Positions 1-13,103 of a stretch of DNA of 64,000 nt are shown piece by piece. The DNA lies in assembly GCA_964016885.1 (NCBI GenBank), contig OZ024754.1, positions 24,118,001 to 24,182,000 of the forward strand, given 5' to 3'. Both the position numbers and the translations under genes were made by a program. The first letter of the stretch is position 1; each line of letters begins with the position of its first letter. The notes under the pieces are model-generated. The model was not told where the DNA came from and made no database searches. It worked only from the letters and a program-made list of their open reading frames with translations. The stretch is from Eledone cirrhosa (Eukaryota).

Positions 1-574
1 AACACTGAACGACAGCGGCGACGGCGTGCAGCCAGGAATGAAGAAGAACGGGCCGAACAGCGCCATCGGAACGCCGAACTTCAGAGGCGAAGACGTGCCG
101 CCATGAATGGAGAGGAGCTGGCTGAACAACGCCAACGAAACACTGGAGCCAAGCAGCGACGGCGTGCTGCGATGGTTGAAGACGAACTGGCTGAGCATCA
201 TCTTTTATATTAATTATCTATATCTATATCTACATATAACATAAAAGATTGGAACATCCATCATCCTTTTCAGAAACGTGGAACAACCACGTCTATGCAA
301 TGATACACGTTTTACAGTCAGGCAGAAGATGAACCATCTTCTAGAAGTGACTATTCTAGGTGGGGGCACCTACAATTGTTCATATACTATGCACAAACGG
401 TACAACGAAGAATGTGGTATATCTGGAAGAATTTTTTACTGTTTTCTGTATCACACAGACACCACGGACTCGCCTCATACTGTAACCAGACAAACATCCA
501 ATACAGTCATTCTCTCTTTTACCTGTCTTCTCTTATCATCTGTTTACCCGGGCGAAGCTGGGTACGTCAGCTAG
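1..574 (+). mobile_element. Internally deleted Helitron, 3' end
   Basis: 1-200 reads as 23-aa Arg-rich repeats (ERQRRRRAARNEEERAEQRHRNA). 240-365 is a PIF1 helicase remnant (KIGTSIILFRNVEQPRLCNDTRF), followed by NVVY. Subterminal hairpin tacccgg/ctgggta at 545-564 and terminal CTAG at 571-574 followed by T. Confidence 0.8.
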
Positions 575-620
<46 letters not shown>

Positions 621-709
621 ATATATATAATATATATATATCCAAACTGAAATTGAACCGATAAGGTCTGGTTTCTTGGGTATGTCATCATTTATAAAAC
701 AAATTTTGT

Positions 710-768
710 ATTTTATCTGATGAGTGCGTACCAAAATTTTGGTGCCCTTGAAATATATATAATGAAAT
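710..768 (+). ncRNA. Type I hammerhead ribozyme-like motif
   Basis: attttat-CTGATGA-stem II (gtaccaaa/tttggtgc)-GAAA-tatata-TA-atgaaat. Stem I pairs and stem III is palindromic. Confidence 0.75.
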
Positions 769-907
769 AAATATGGTTTTATAAATATGGTTTCCATTTA
801 TTAAAATCATTGATATTATACTCCAGAAAATCTGTAGAGAGCTTCGAATCTGTTATAAATAAATTTGTTGAATAACCAACAAATTAAATATCTCTTTGCT
901 TATACAC

Positions 908-964
<57 letters not shown>

Positions 965-1031
965 TATATACAGGTTGGATGTGGATGTATGGAGGTAAAC
1001 GTATGTGTGTGTGTGTAAGTAGGCGTGTGTT

Positions 1032-1079
<48 letters not shown>

Positions 1080-1104
1080 TCTAATAAACAACATAAGATA
1101 ATTA

Positions 1105-1164
1105 TTTCATTTACCAGTGATTTCTTGGAAGCAAACAAATCTGCTTTCAGTCATCAGAATGAAA
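1105..1164 (-). ncRNA. Type I hammerhead ribozyme-like motif in an imperfect inverted repeat (about 1074-1246)
   Basis: Minus strand: tttcatt-CTGATGA-ctgaaagcaga tttg tttgcttccaa-GAAA-tcactgg-TA-aatgaaa. The mirror arm at about 1192-1216 has most of the motif deleted. Confidence 0.7.
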
Positions 1165-1308
1165 AAATCCTGGTGTTTTTTTTTTTCATTTTTTCATTCT
1201 GATGACTGAAAGAAATAATTATCTTATGTTGTTTATTACATAACTATTAAGCTCTGTAACCTACATAGAGCACTCTTTTTTCCTGGACCTTTCCGACGGA
1301 ATTACTTC

Positions 1309-1398
<90 letters not shown>

Positions 1399-1530
1399 GT
1401 GAGGTTTTTTTTACAAAATGAAAAATAACCGAGGTGTCCTACACGAGTGAAAGTATAAAGAAAAAGAGATGAAATCGAAAATGCAACTGGAGTCTTATTT
1501 TTTTTTTTAAATATATATATTTATTTGGTT

Positions 1531-1568
1531 CCTTTACCGGTTTCGCAGTTCTTCTGCTTTTCAAAAGG
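1531..1568 (-). ncRNA. Minimal hammerhead-like motif, U3-A8 variant (mirror copy)
   Basis: Reverse complement of 1605-1642. Confidence 0.75.
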
Positions 1569-1604
1569 TGAGTTGAGATGGAGGGTCTCCTCCATCTCAA
1601 CTCA

Positions 1605-1642
1605 CCTTTTGAAAAGCAGAAGAACTGCGAAACCGGTAAAGG
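1605..1642 (+). ncRNA. Minimal hammerhead-like motif, U3-A8 variant
   Basis: cctt-TTGAAAA-gcag aagaa ctgc-GAAA-ccgg-TA-aagg. The C3-G8 pair is replaced by U3-A8 and stem III (ccgg) is palindromic. Confidence 0.75.
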
Positions 1643-1712
1643 AACCAAATAAATATATATATTTAAAAAAAAAAATAAGACTCCAGTTGCATTTTCGATT
1701 TCATCTCTTTTT

Positions 1713-1753
<41 letters not shown>

Positions 1754-2428
1754 TAACAGATTAAAGTTTAAGCAAAGAATCGCTGCTTTCACCCTTAACG
1801 GGATCTTCTGAAACTAACAAAGTCCATCTGTAAACGCAGAACTGGATATTTCAAAAAACGTTGCAACCGGAGGAAGACAGGAAGACGATACTTTGGTTCG
1901 TGGAAACGTTCCCTGGCAAAGAACGGGAAAAAAACGAATAAGATACGTCATTAATAGGAGCGGTGAAAGACAATTACGCGCAAAGACAGAACCACGTTTA
2001 TGGTATAAAAGAGGTCGTAGACTAATGTTCACTTAGGTGGTTCATAGAGACGTTCTCTGGCAATGAACGAAAAAAAACGAAGATAATACGTCATATGTGG
2101 AGCGTGGAGAACAATAGCACGCAAAGACAAAACCACGTAAATGGTATAGCAGAAGTCGTAGACAAAAATTCTAACTTGGAGACCGAATGAATCTCCGCTA
2201 CAGAGTTAAGAACAAAGTAAATAAATACAATCCAGAAGTAATATAAATAAATAAATACATATGTTCTTTGTAGAAATATTCAGATGTTGTTTCTGCATAA
2301 TGAATATAAGTCAGTAGAGTGCACAACCGAGGGAGCCAAATAGTAATAATAATAAATTTCAAGACTAAAATCCAAAGAGGGTTCGATAAGGATAAATATA
2401 TATCAAATATATAAGAACCGTAGAGCAA

Positions 2429-4557
2429 ATGCAGAAACAACATCTGAATATTTCTACAAAGAACATACCCGTACCAAGCAGGAAAACATACATAAAACTC
2501 CTGATACAGAAAACAGACGCGTTCATTAAAAGGTTGCGTTGGCGTGCCGTTTATTTCGATAACCCGCGAAAAGCAGACAACAAACAGGATAAATTTGGAT
2601 TTAAAACCTATAATAACCCCCCGTGTAACCCAGCATTGCTACCCTTCGAAAATGATGTCTTGGAACTCATTCGGAGTATCAAATTTCGGAATAGGAGCAA
2701 TTTCTTCCAGCAAGACCTGAAGAATAGATTCGTTCTATTAAGGATTCTAATGCCGTGCACGTCCATTCCGACAAAACTGGCAACCTATATCAAGTGGAGC
2801 GCAGTACTTACCATCAACTACTACATAATGCTGTAACTAAGGATTACCGTAAAACTAATCGGTGCGTCATCAATGAAATCAACGATGCTGGGTTTAAAAT
2901 CACATCTGATCTCAACATCCTGGACCGGACCGAACCTCTGGACCCTATTTCTCCCCACTTTACCCTGAAGGATCACAAATCCAATTTTCCGAACAACCCT
3001 TCTATTCGGCTTATTAACCCTACGAAGTCAGATTTAGGTAGACTTAGTAAAACGATTCTTGATAGAATTATACCTGAAATTAGAAGTTTGGCCCCTCTTG
3101 CACTGTGGAACAATTCTTTTGCGGTGATTGATTGGTTCAACGGCATATGTAACAAGGAACATTGCCGTTTTATCCAATTCGACATCAACAATTACTACTC
3201 CTCCATCACTTTACCACTTCTCCTTAGAGCTATCAATTTCGCTAAAACACTCACAGTGGTTAAGGATTTCGAAGTTGATGTCATCCTCAATGCCCGTAAG
3301 TCGGTGATTAATTTCGACGACTCTATTTGGATTAAAAAATCCAATAGTACCCCATTCGACGTGAGCATGGGCGCCAGTGATTCTGCGGAGGTTACTGATC
3401 TTATCGGCCTTTTCCTTCTTTTCTCTATCAAGGACGAATTCCCCAACTCGGGCGGTGGTTTGTACCGTGACGATGGTCTTTTGACCATGACTAAGTGCGG
3501 ACCTCGTGCTTGCGACAGGTTCAGAAAAGAACTCACAACCTTCTTTAAAGGCTTCAACCTCTGTATACAGGTTGAGGCCAATCTCTCGGTCGTTAATTAC
3601 CTTGACGTTATCCTCAGTTTATTGAATGGGTTGTATTACCCGTATAGAAAGCCGAATGATACGCTTAATTACATAAGTAAGCATTCCAACCATCCTGCCA
3701 GCATAACCAAGAACCTGGTAAGAAACGTTTCGTTGAGGCTTTCCCGTCTTTCCACCAACGAGCGTATTTTCAACGACCATTCCACTTATTACAATGAAGC
3801 TCTTGCTCGAAGTGGATTTGTCGATAAGGTAGCATATACAGAGTACGAAAATAGACCTAGAAGAAATAGATCCCGTCGCATTTGTTGGTATAACCCACCA
3901 TATAATATGGAGGTGGCCACACCATTAGCTAAGATCTTTCTTTCCCTTATTACGAAACATTTTCCCCCTACACATAAATATAGTAAAATTTTTAATAGAA
4001 ATACTATTAAAATTTCTTACTCTACTACTCCTAACCTTGCACATAACATCACAGCTTCAAATTTAGCTAAACTACCTAGCCGTAGGAACACATGCAACCC
4101 TGTACTTAGTACTAACTGTAATTGTAGGAATCGGGTTGATTGCCCCCTATCCGGGAAATGCCTCTCTAGTAACATTGTCTACAAATGTAAGGTTGTAACA
4201 CCCACGTCCCGTAGGGCCTACATAGGGTTAACCGCCAATAGATTCAAGCAGCGTCTTTACACGCATACCCATTCTTTTCGTTACCCTCTAAGAAGGAATA
4301 TGACGTCACTTTCAGCTTATATCTGGAGTCTAAAAGACAACCACACCCAATATAAGTTACACTGGGAGATCCTAGCTAGGGCTAGATCGTATAACGGAAA
4401 TAAAAGACCATGTGACCTCTGCTCCGCTGAGGCCCTGGAAATACTCTACGCCACAGACCACATCTTAAACAAAAAATCTGAGTCAATTTCGGCTTGTAAA
4501 CATAAATTGCACAAAACTTTCCTGTATTACAGCCCCACGTTATACCCTAATGGATAG
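2429..4557 (+). pseudogene. PLE family 1 polyprotein (RT + GIY-YIG), near full length, one frameshift
   Basis: ORFs 2429-2836 and 2755-4557 join by restoring one A near 2728 that the minus copy retains. Motifs: FDINNYYSS, MGASDS, YRDD, CNCR..CPL.GKC, IVY..YIG, CDLC. Confidence 0.9.
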
Positions 4558-5487
4558 TACGATCTATACGTGGATATTTTACGTCTTGATGTGGGAGCTA
4601 AGTATATGTTTTGTTTATACCATTACTTATTTGCATAGGTAAGTATATATTACCCGTATGTTTTGTGAAGGTACGTATACCTTCTCGTACGTATATTTGA
4701 TTGTTTATGTTATGGCGTAACATTTTTTGTGTTTTTTATTCTGGTACATATGGTTTGGCTATGTGTATACGGGAGTTTTGCGTCTGTGTGAGTATGCAGG
4801 TTCGTACGTATATAGGGTGTGTGTATATGGGTACTTCATGTTTTGGTTGACTTACGTCTCCGAACATTCGTGTATTTACATGTAGGTATGTGTGTGCGCT
4901 TGTTATATACGTATTTATTTATTTATATACGTTTATATAATTATTTATTTATTTATTTGTATACACGCATATACACACACATATTTATATGTGCGTGGTT
5001 TTGTATACCTATGGTAAGTGTTTTGCGTATGCTTGTGTATGTACGTATTTTTTTGCGTGTATGTATTTATTTATTTCTATTACTTCTGTATTGTATTTAT
5101 TTACTTTGTTCTTAACTCTGTAGCGGAGATTCATTCGGTCTCCTAGTTAGAATTTTAGTCTGCGACTTCTGCTATACCATTTACGTGGTTTTGTCTTTGC
5201 GTGCTATTGCTCTCTACGCTCCACATATGACGTATTATCTTCGTTTTTTTCGTTCATTGCCAGAGAACGTCTCTATGAACCACCTAAGAGAACATTAGTC
5301 TACGACCTCTTTTATACCATAAACGTGGTTCTGTCTTTGGCGTAATTGCTTTTCACCGCTCCTATTAATGACGTATCTTATTCGTTTTTTTCCCGTTCTT
5401 TGACAGCGAACGTTTCCACGAACCAAAGTATCGTCTTCCTGTCTTCCTCCGGTTGCAACGTTTTTTGAAATATCCACTTCTGCGTTT

Positions 5488-5563
5488 ACAGATTGACTTT
5501 GTTAGTTTCAGAAGATCCCGTTAAGGGTGAAAGCAGCTATTCTTTGCTTAAACTTTAATCTGT
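5488..5563 (+). ncRNA. Variant hammerhead-like fold in PLE family 1 terminal repeat (core CAGAAGA)
   Basis: acagatt..agttt-CAGAAGA-tccc gttaa gggt-GAAA-gcag..ttgc-TT-aaact..aatctgt. Other copies at 1765-1815(-), 8800-8850(+), 16534-16584(-), 20133-20183(+). Confidence 0.6.
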
Positions 5564-6571
5564 TATTTTAATAAATATTTTCTCTACGGTTCTTATATGT
5601 TTGATATATAGTTATCCTTATCGAGCCCGGGATCTTCTGAAACTAACAAAGTCCATCTGTAAACGCAGAAGTGGATATTTCAAAAAACGTTGCAACCGGA
5701 GGAAGACAGGAAGACGATACTTTGGTTCGTGGAAACGTTGCCTGGCAAAGAACGGGAAAAAACGAATAAGATACGTCATTAATAGGAGCGGTGAAAGACA
5801 ATTACGCGCAAAGACAGAACCACGTTTATAGTATAAAAGAGGTCGTAGACTAATGTTCTCTTAGGTGGTTCATAGAGACGTTCTCTGGCAATGAACGAAA
5901 AAAACGAAGATAATACGTCATATGTGGAGCGTAGAGAACAATTGCACGCAAAGACAAAACCACGTAAATGGTATAGCAGAAGTCGTAGACTAAAATTCTA
6001 ACTAGGAGACCGAATGAATCTCCGCTTCAGAGTTAAGAATAAAGTAAATATATACAATACAGAGGTAATAGAAATTAAATAAATACATACACGCATACAA
6101 ATACGTACATACACAAGCATACGCGAAACCACTTACCATCGGTATACAAAACCACGCACATATAAATATGTGTGTGTGTGCGCGTATACAAATAAATAAA
6201 TAATTAAATAAACGTATATAAATAAATAAATACGTATATAACAAGCGCACACACATACCTACATGTAAATACACAAATGTTCGGAGACGTAAGTCAACCA
6301 AAACATGAAGTACACATATACACACACCCTACATACGTACGAACCTGCATACCCACACAGTCGCAAAACTCCCTTATACACATAACCAAACCATATGTAC
6401 CAGAATATATAAAATTATACGCCATAACATAAACAATCAAATATACGTACGAGAAAGTATACGTACCTTCACAAAACATACAGGTAATATATACTTACCT
6501 ATGCAAATAAGTAATGGTATAAACAAAACATATACCACATCAAGACGTAAAATATCCACGTATAGATCGTA

Positions 6572-8650
6572 CTATCCTTTAGGGTATAACGTGGAGCTGT
6601 AATACAGGAAAGTTTTGTGCAATTTATGTTTACAAGCCGAAATTGCCTAATATTCTTTGTTTAAGGTGTGGTCTGTGGCGTAGAGTATTTCCAGGGCCTC
6701 AGCGGCGCAGAGGTCACATGGTCTTTTATTTCCGTTATACGATCTAGCCCTAGCTAGGATCTCCCAGTGTAACTTATATTGGGTGTGGTTGTCTTTTAGA
6801 CTCCAGATATAAGCTGAAAGTGACGTCATATTCCTTCTTAGAGGGTAACGAAAAGAATGGGTAAGCATGTAAAGACGCTGCTTGAATCTATTGTTAACCC
6901 TATGTAGGCCCTACGGGACGTGGGTGTTTCAACCTTACATTTGTAGACAATGTTACTAGAGAGGCATTTCCCGGATAGGGGGCAATCAACCTGATTCCTA
7001 CAATTACAGTTAGTACTAACTACAGGGTTGCACATGTTCCTACGGCTAGGTAGTTTAGCTAAATTTGAAGCTGTGATGTTATGTGCAAGGTTAGGAGTCG
7101 AGAGTAAGAAATTTTAATAGTATTTCTATTAAAAATTTTACTATATTTATGTGTAGGGGGAAAATGCTTCGTAATAAGGGAAAGAAAGATCTTAGCTAAT
7201 GGTCTATTTTCCTAACTAATAGGTCTATTTTCGTACTCTGTATATGCTACCTTATCGACAAATCCACTCTGAGCAAGAGCTTCATTGTAATAAGTGGAAT
7301 GGTCGTTGAAAATATGCTCGTTAGTAGATAGACGGGAAAGCCTCAACGAAACGTTTCTTACCAGGTTCTTGGTTATGCTGGCAGGATGGTTGGAATGCTT
7401 ACTTATGTAATTAAGCGTATCATTCGGCTTTCTATACGGGTAATACAACTTATTCGATAAATTGAGGGTAACGTCGAGGTAATTAACGACCGAGAGATTG
7501 GCCTCAACCTGCATAGAGAGGTTGAAGCCTTTAAAGAAGGCTGTGAGTTCTTTTCTAAACCTGTCGCAAGCACGAGGTCCGCACTTAGTCATGGTCAAAA
7601 GACCATCATCACGGTACAAACCATCGCCCGCGTTGGGGAATTCGTCCTTGGTAGAGAAAAGAAGGAAAAGGCCGATAAGATTAGTAACTTCCGCAGAATC
7701 GCTGGCGCCCATACTCACGTCGAATGGGGTACTATTGGATTTTTTAATCCGAATACAGTCGTCGAAATTAATCACCGACTTACGGGCATTGAGGATGACA
7801 TCAACTTCGAAATCCTTAACCACTGTGAGTGTTTTAGCGAAATTGATAGCTCTAAGGAGAAGTGGTAAAGTGATGGAGGAGTAGTAATTGTTGATGTCGA
7901 ATTGGATAAAACGGCAATGTTCCTTGTTACATATGCCGTTGAACCAATCAATCACCGCAAAAGAATTGTTCCACAGTGCAAGAGGGGCCAAACTTCTAAT
8001 TTCAGGTATAATTCTATCAAGAATCGTTTTACTAAGTCTACCTAAATCGGACTTCGTAGGATTAATAAGCCGAATAGAGGGGTTGTTCGGAAAATTGGAT
8101 TTGTGATCCTTCAGGGTAAAGTGGGGAGAAATAGGGTCCAGAGGTTCGGTCCGGTCCAGGATGTTGAGATCAGATGTGATTTTAAACCCAGCATCGTTGA
8201 TTTCATTGACGACGCACCGATTAGTTTTACGGTAATCCTTAGTTACAGCATTATGTAGTAGTTGATGGTAAGTACTGCGCTCCACTTGATATAGGTTGCC
8301 AGTTTTGTCGGAATGGACGTGCACGGCATTAGAATCCTTAATAGAACGAATTCTATTCTTCAGGTCCTGCTGGAAGGAATTGCTCCTATTCCGAAATTTG
8401 ATACTCCGTATGAGTTCCAAGACATCATTTTCGAAGGGTAGCAATGCTGGGTTACACGGGGGGTTATTATAGGTTTTAAATCCAAATTTATCCTGTTTGT
8501 TGTCTGCTTTTCGCTCATTATCGAAATAAAAGGCACGCCAACGCAACCTTTTAATGAACGCGTCTGTTTTCTGTATCAGGAGTTTTATGTATGTTTTCCT
8601 GCTTGGTACGGGTATTTCTTTGTAGAAATATTCAGATGTTGTTTCTGCAT
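6572..8650 (-). pseudogene. PLE family 1 second copy, disrupted
   Basis: Very similar to 2429-4557. It has a 1-bp deletion near 8617, an internal deletion near 7200-7225, and further frameshifts in the endonuclease part. Confidence 0.9.
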
Positions 8651-8951
8651 GATGAATATAAGTCAATAGAGTGCTCAACTGTTCTTCCCCGTTCTTTGCC
8701 AGGGAACGTTTCAACGAACCAAAGTATCGTCTTCCTGTCTTCCTCCGGTTGCAACGTTTTTTGAAATATCCACTTCTGCGTTTACAGATTGACTTTGTTA
8801 GTTTCAGAAGATCCCGTTAAGGGTGAAAGCAGCGATTCTTTGCTTAAACTTTAATCTGTTATTTTAATAAATATTTGCTCTACGGTTCTTATATATATGA
8901 TATATATTTATCCTTATCGAGACCTCTTTGGATTTTAGTCTTCAAATTTAT

Positions 8952-9017
<66 letters not shown>

Positions 9018-9185
9018 ATATATATAGTGTATGTGTGTGTGTATGTACTTCTGTTTATAATCTTTCCTCAACCGCACCTAAAAATAACGCCGCAGACCCA
9101 TGCTGCTAAAGATTTTTAAAAAACGGAGACATCCACAAAACTCGGTTACTAAAATAACCTATGATAAGCAGACACTACTCTAAAG

Positions 9186-9516
9186 CAGCGTTTCTCAACC
9201 GGTGTTCCCCGGAACCCTAGGATTCCGCAAGAGGTCGCTAGGGGTTCCGCGAGAACCCGTGATAAATAAACTAATGTATTTCTTAAAAGTAATTTTTGTT
9301 TAATTTTATATTCGTAATTTTACTATGCATTTACGGCATATTGTCGGAAAATCCTTGTTTATTTTAAGAAAGTCTTCAACCTCTTATATTATTTAAAACT
9401 AGGTCAATATAAGAGATAGATATTAATAATGGTATATAATAATTTTTATGTAGGGGTTCCTGAGACATGAACCTATTTCAAGGGTTCCACAAGGGTAAAA
9501 AGGTTGAGAAACGCTG
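9186..9516. mobile_element. Non-autonomous hAT-type MITE
   Basis: 15-bp TIR cagcgtttctcaacc/ggttgagaaacgctg. 8-bp TSD ctctaaag at 9178-9185 and 9517-9524. Confidence 0.92.
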
Positions 9517-10128
9517 CTCTAAAGTGTAATCTTAATTTAAACTTCATTACATAAGAGAAAATAAATCCATTCAACCACAATACTGATTCACTACAAGAAT
9601 AGTGGATTATTTCAGTAGCCACACAATAACCTAATTCACAAATCTATCACTGTTATAAATTGCAGCTTTTTCTAGGAATTTAAATATACATATATAAATG
9701 GACGTAGTTTGACCGAATGGTTAAGTTCGCTTGACAATCATTAGATTCCCGGTTCGGTCCCACAGTATATCTTGGACATTGGTCATTTACCATAGTCTTG
9801 TGTCGATACAAACGTTGTTATTGGAATCTTTTACCTTTACTGTATTTTACATAGTGGTTGCTACGTGCGTAGCACAAGCACGTAGCATTGCCATCTTTAT
9901 GTGCAGATATTTCTTCACAAGTCCTACGACGGTTGTGGAGTGCAACGTGCGCAGACTCGACCTACATAGTCACAAATCTACATATGGGCGGCTCAAATCT
10001 TTTAATCCAATGTAATCCTCACTTTGTTTGTAATTCATCCATCAATGTCTTATTATTTATTGCTACTACTTCTCTATTGCTAGGGTATTAGAGGTCGCTG
10101 TAGTGAAACTCTTAATTGAACCATAACT

Positions 10129-10310
10129 GGTGGATTGGCAGAATCGGTAGAGCATTTTCACCATACTTCGTAGTATAGTTACGTCCCTTTATGTTGTGAG
10201 TCCAAATCCCGCCGAGATTAGTTTTGCCTTTCCTCCTTACGGGGTCGATAAAATCGAATTTCCCCATCCCCAAAATTGCTGGCCTTGTGCCTAAATCAGA
10301 AACCATTAAT
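10129..10310 (+). mobile_element. tRNA-derived SINE (major family of this window)
   Basis: A/B-box-like head, core gcctttc(a/c)tccttacggggtcgataaaat, tail tgctggccttgtgcc. Many copies in the window. Confidence 0.8.
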
Positions 10311-11344
10311 TGAACTGTAACTGGTGACTAGAAGTTTGAGCAAACAAGGTCAATGTGATAAGCTCATTGTTAGTGTCTCACCTAATACATATCTATATAC
10401 CTTATCTACATACATAGATACCTACCTATATACACACATACATACCCTCCTACATAATACATATATACCAACCTACATACCTATCTATATACATAAACAC
10501 ACGCTTACTTACACACACATACGTTTACCTCCATACATCCACACCTAACAACCCTCCAACCTACATATACGCTACCTACCCTATAGACCTCCACCATCGT
10601 CACCCCTTCCCTCACTCTAATTATTTATTAATTGAACACTAGTGCAGTCACGTGACCATATTCATCTACCATAGTGCATTGTATTTAAGTTTATTGATTT
10701 CACTGACTTGTTACGTTGTAATACAAAAGTCAGTCATAAATAACATTTACATGTTCTCTGATTTATATGTTGATGGATCTCCATCGGTTTCAAAGTCCGG
10801 TGCTCTTTTTGTTTTGTCAATGGGTCAGCCTACTAGCACAAGTGTTTAGTATTCTATACAAACTTGTGTCAACGTAATTCTCTTAACCTGTAATGTCCTG
10901 AAAATTACAGGTATAATAAATATTTCTGGTTTAAAGACATCTGTACGTCATTAACATCAATTCAATAAGAGAAGATTGGGCATTTAGAAAATAATTTAAG
11001 ACGGCTTAAAAGCCATTGATAATTACATAATTATGAAAAAGAAAGATAAAAGCATAATTAAGTAATGAGTAAAAAGGGAAGGGGTGAAGAAGGGCAGATG
11101 TGGTTGTATGGGAAAGTGGAAGAACGGACTATAAATGCCATAAATTGTAATTGAACTTTGAAGTCGAGCGTTGGCGATAAAACCTTAAAGTAACATCAAC
11201 AGAGATAGAGATCTCATCAATAAATGATTTCATTTTTTGAAGATTAATTTGAAATATTAAGTACGTGTGAGCTTATGTAGAAAACGCAAATTAAGTGGTT
11301 TAGGCTTCATAAAGAGGTTAAGTTAAGTTTTAAAGAGTCAAAAA

Positions 11345-11600
11345 TCTGTCTCGAACCCAGATGCTCATCCGACTGGTACTTGCCTCGGTTTCCGTGGCGT
11401 GAAGCGACTGAGGGTACAAGACTCCCCGCCTCCTGGACAGGACGCCAGTTAAACCCCCTCCTCCAGCTATTGCTGGTACTCATTTTCAGCTGAGTATACT
11501 GGAGCAACGCGAAATGGAGTGTTTAGCTTAAAAACACAACACACAACCCAGCCCAGGAATCGAACTCATGACATTATGGTCGTAAGTCAGTTCAAACTTA
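11345..11600 (-). mobile_element. tRNA-derived SINE, second family
   Basis: B-box gagttcgattcct on the minus strand and core ccagtatactcagctgaaaatgagtacc. A related + copy lies at about 41570-41830. Confidence 0.6.
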
Positions 11601-12500
11601 AAACAAATCAAACACGGTATAGTTTAACACAGAAATATATTTATGTTTATCAAAAGGTTTTCATAAATGGAAATCATTAAAAAACTAATTATTGATTTCT
11701 AATTTTGGCACAAATCCAGCAAATTTGGGAGGAAGGCTAACGTTGGCTAAACCAGCCCCAGTATTTGACGAGTTCTTTATTTTATCGACCCCAGAAGAAT
11801 GAAAGTTAAAGTTGATTTCGGTGGTGTAAAGACCCAGAACACCACAATGAATGGTGCTCTAACGATTGCCAATCAACCACCCTCTTCAAGCTAAATAATT
11901 GTTAGCACAACTTTAGCGATTTGGGGGAAGGGAAAATCGATTATATCGATCCAGTACATGACTTACTTTATTTTATTGATCTCTGAAGGATAAAAGGCAA
12001 AATTAACGTAGGCGGGATTTAAAATCACCCACGCTTAACACCATACGACCCCCTCCATTGCTTTGAATATTTCTACAACGTTGTTACGTAGCAAAGATGT
12101 TCATTGATATATTTATTTAACACAAGAAATATAATTTAGTTATATAAATTTGTAATATTCAGTAAGGCGCCACTATGAAGTCAGTTCCCTGCAGCTATTT
12201 GTACATCAATTTCACGACAAAGCTGTTTTGTAGGTCAAATAGCTGGGACACTGGATGTCGCAACCAACCATGGTATGTTGTTAGGGAGATTAAAAATAAA
12301 GCTATATGCAGGGTTTGATTTAGACCTTGGGGGGGCCCAAGGCACTTCAGGTTTGGGTCCCCACACTCTCATATATAAACAAATTTATATATCAAAGTTA
12401 ACTTGCCGCAAATTGAAAGGTTATACATACGGGTATTAAATTCAAAAATTCAAACCATCCTAAAACTAAACAAAAGCTAGCCAAGAGCACAAGTAAATTC

Positions 12501-13024
12501 CTCCCTTTTCCCACCTCCCATCAAATGCAGACGTGGCTATATGAGAAACCATGAAAGGTGAATAAAAACGTGTAACCTGTGTGACACCAGTTCATATTGT
12601 TTAAATGGCTGACAGCTGTCACCTCAGTATGTTTTGTTTGACGTTTAAATGCCAAAAGAGAGAGGAGATAAACAAATTATAACTTTTTTTTTCTTTAATA
12701 AAATATAATACCAATCTATTGCTTAGAAAATTAATTGCACTATTACGGGGTCGATAAAATAAAGTACCAGTAATGCACTGGGTAATTGCTGGCCTTGTGC
12801 CTAAAGTAGAAACAATTATTAATAAGGGCAGTAGATTGGCGGTATCGGTGGAACGACAGACACCATGTTTCGCAGTATAGTTATGGCCCTTTAAGTTCTG
12901 AGATCAAATCCCGCCTACGTTAACTTAGCCTTTCATCCTGACTGGGTCGATAAAATAACGCACCAGTAATGCACTGGGGTAATAGCTGGACTTGCGTCAA
13001 AAGTAGAAAGGTTATAGTTAGTCT

Positions 13025-13029
<5 letters not shown>
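12501..13029 (+). repeat. About 500-bp direct duplication, copy 1 (includes SINE from 12826)
   Basis: Matches 24917-25392. Both end in gttagtctcctt followed by an (AT)-rich tract. Confidence 0.9.

Positions 13030-13094
<65 letters not shown>

Positions 13095-13103
<9 letters not shown>

Larger units (their letters stand above)
1454..1719. repeat. Perfect palindrome, 131-bp arms, 4-nt loop
   Basis: 1454-1584 is the reverse complement of 1589-1719, with loop gtct. Confidence 0.95.
1748..8957. mobile_element. Penelope-like element family 1: composite insertion (inverted pLTR, + copy, tail-to-tail - copy, pLTR)
   Basis: The 3' terminal segment recurs at 1748-2260(-), about 5070-5627(+), 5628-about 6080(-) and 8681-8957(+). 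Two RT/GIY-YIG bodies lie in opposite orientation, with (AT)n on both flanks. Confidence 0.92.

Noticed and set aside
1192-1216. CTGATGA..GAAA on the + strand as a ribozyme
   Set aside because: Most of stem II, stem III and the cleavage site are deleted relative to the mirror arm.
2973-8106. Antisense ORFs (MASTC.., MLMSNW..) present twice
   Set aside because: They are shadows of the PLE RT frame, duplicated only because the element is duplicated.
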